From: a virus
Virus record (IMG/VR): IMGVR_UViG_3300049811_000099
Span: 1 to 61,909 of that record
DNA length: 61,909 nucleotides
Direction: 5' to 3' (one strand)
The position numbers were made by a program, and so were the translations under genes. This document shows, one piece after another, positions 60,942 to 61,909 of the stretch. The notes beneath the pieces were generated by a model. It was given only the letters and a program-made list of their open reading frames with translations, was not told where the DNA came from and ran no database searches. Positions within the stretch are counted from its first letter, which is position 1. Each line of letters begins with the position of its first letter.

Positions 60942-61436
60942 ATGCCCATCATCTCGACTGACATCCACTACCGTCTGAGCGGTGGCGCGGCCAACACCGA
61001 CCCACTTGCATCGCTGGGTGGAGCGAAGAGCAGCACGCAAGCTGCATCGAATCTCTACGACAACGTGAGCAGTGCCGAAGCCGCTGCCGGTGATGTCGAG
61101 TACCGGGCCTTCTACGTCCACAACAACCACGGGTCGCTGACGATGCTGTCGGCCGTAATCTGGATCAACGCCAACACGCCGAGCGCCGAGACGGATCTTG
61201 CGATTGGCCTGGGAACCAGCGCACTCAACGCCACAGAGCAGACCGTGGCCAGCGAGAACACCGCGCCCAGCGGCGTGACGTTCTCGGCCGCTGCAAACGA
61301 GGGCGCGGCAATCGCCTTGGGCAACATCCCGCCCGGTCAGCACCGTGCCGTATGGCTGCGTCGGACGATCAACGCGGCGGCTGCCGCGACGAACGACACG
61401 GCGACCCTGCGGGTCAAGTGCGACACGCTGGCGTGA
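60942..61436 (+). CDS. Hypothetical virion-associated protein (164 aa)
   Basis: IHYRLSGGAANTDPLASLGG N-terminal motif, seen (from memory) in uncharacterised phage structural proteins. Confidence 0.55.
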   Translation: MPIISTDIHYRLSGGAANTDPLASLGGAKSSTQAASNLYDNVSSAEAAAGDVEYRAFYVHNNHGSLTMLSAVIWINANTPSAETDLAIGLGTSALNATEQTVASENTAPSGVTFSAAANEGAAIALGNIPPGQHRAVWLRRTINAAAAATNDTATLRVKCDTLA

Positions 61437-61440
61437 TGCC

Positions 61441-61770
61441 ATGGGCAAGCTGGCAAGCATCTTTGCCGACTGGTGGCAGCGCGTCGATGTGCGCCACTGG
61501 TTGATCCAAGTGTTCATTTCCCTTGATCAGCTTGCAAACGTCCTCGTCACGCCGCTGAGCGGCGGCGCCTGGGCCGACGAGACGTTGAGTAGCCGCGCGT
61601 GGCGCATGTACGCCGAAGGCAAGCCGTGGGGCCGCGTGTGGCGGCCGATCATCGACGCGCTGTTCTTCTGGCAGCGCATCCCGCCCGGCGTGCGCGGCCA
61701 CTGCCACTACGCCTACCTGCGCGAGCGTGAGATGTACGGGCATCCGCCTGAGATGAGGACCAAGCAGTGA
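61441..61770 (+). CDS. Hypothetical protein (109 aa)
   Basis: Start moved to ATG 61441, 4 nt after the upstream stop. Confidence 0.5.
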   Translation: MGKLASIFADWWQRVDVRHWLIQVFISLDQLANVLVTPLSGGAWADETLSSRAWRMYAEGKPWGRVWRPIIDALFFWQRIPPGVRGHCHYAYLREREMYGHPPEMRTKQ

Positions 61771-61909
61771 GCGTCTACCGCAACAACGTCAGCATGACGG
61801 TATCGGGCACGCCCGGCACCGGCACGATCACGCTCAATGCGGCGTCCACGGGCGCGCAGTCGTTCGCGTCAGCCTACGGCGCCAACGCCACGGTCGATGT
61901 ATTTATTAC
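61767..61909 (+). CDS. Tail fibre protein, 5' part of the junction-spanning gene (continues at position 62 of the window through the overlap)
   Basis: GTG overlaps the upstream stop (GTGA). The frame is continuous with 1..971. Confidence 0.7.
   Translation, partial: MSVYRNNVSMTVSGTPGTGTITLNAASTGAQSFASAYGANATVDVFI
61849..61909. repeat. Terminal overlap, copy 2: identical to 1..61
   Basis: Exact 61-nt match by direct comparison. Confidence 0.95.

Noticed and set aside
1-61909. Search for a reverse transcriptase (DGR or retron), toxin-antitoxin pairs, Cas proteins or known multi-gene defence systems.
   Set aside because: No YxDD-type reverse transcriptase, no template/variable repeat pair near the fibre genes, and no recognisable nuclease-ATPase defence operon was seen. 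The MtlR-like and SLOG-like genes are single accessory genes, and I cannot support calling them a defence system.

Overview
The window looks like a complete, circularly assembled genome of a temperate, lambda-like siphovirus from a high-GC proteobacterial host. The first 61 nt are identical to the last 61 nt, giving a unique length of about 61,848 bp, and a tail-fibre gene reads in frame across the join. Layout: (1) A fibre/host-range module runs from 60.1 kb across the junction to 2.7 kb and includes a 24 x 14-residue repeat protein. (2) A leftward early operon (2.7-11.0 kb, minus strand) holds many small, translationally coupled genes, a DnaQ-like exonuclease and an RdgC-like protein. (3) A divergent promoter region (11.0-11.7 kb) has matching operators and an 18-bp tandem array. 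(4) A low-GC3 island of about 12 small unknown ORFs lies at 11.8-15.7 kb. (5) A 35-bp tandem array plus palindromic 14-mers and an AT-rich patch (15.75-16.7 kb) abut a P4/D5-like primase-helicase and form a candidate origin. (6) A rightward replication module (19.7-27.9 kb) carries a MazG-like protein, a PD-(D/E)XK nuclease, a DUF2815-type SSB, a DNA polymerase, VRR-NUC, a methyltransferase and an SNF2 helicase. (7) A lysogeny module (27.9-30.0 kb) carries a repressor-like protein, a Xis-like protein and a tyrosine integrase. (8) A repeat-scaffolded cassette array (30.0-33.8 kb) carries an MtlR-like protein, a Mom-like GNAT and a second methyltransferase; the last two each sit behind a near-identical small RHH regulator with a leaderless promoter. 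(9) A lambda-type morphogenesis module (33.9-58.6 kb) runs TerS, GpA-type TerL, gpW, portal, S49 protease, decoration protein, gpE-type capsid, tail tube, G/GT frameshift, tape measure and J-like tip proteins. (10) A lysis cassette (58.6-60.1 kb) has an embedded o-spanin. The most notable observations are a mini-intein with class-3 signatures splitting the TerL Walker A loop, the duplicated RHH-plus-DNA-modification cassette array next to the integrase (one copy with a 13-nt homopolymer beside its promoter), the origin-like repeat complex, recurrent promoter-associated motifs, and a recurrent acidic ...EEL C-terminus with a GAGGAACTSTGA junction on at least 13 genes. I found no rRNA, tRNA, CRISPR array, transposase or reverse transcriptase. 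All family assignments come from reading motifs by eye and need HMM or BLAST confirmation.
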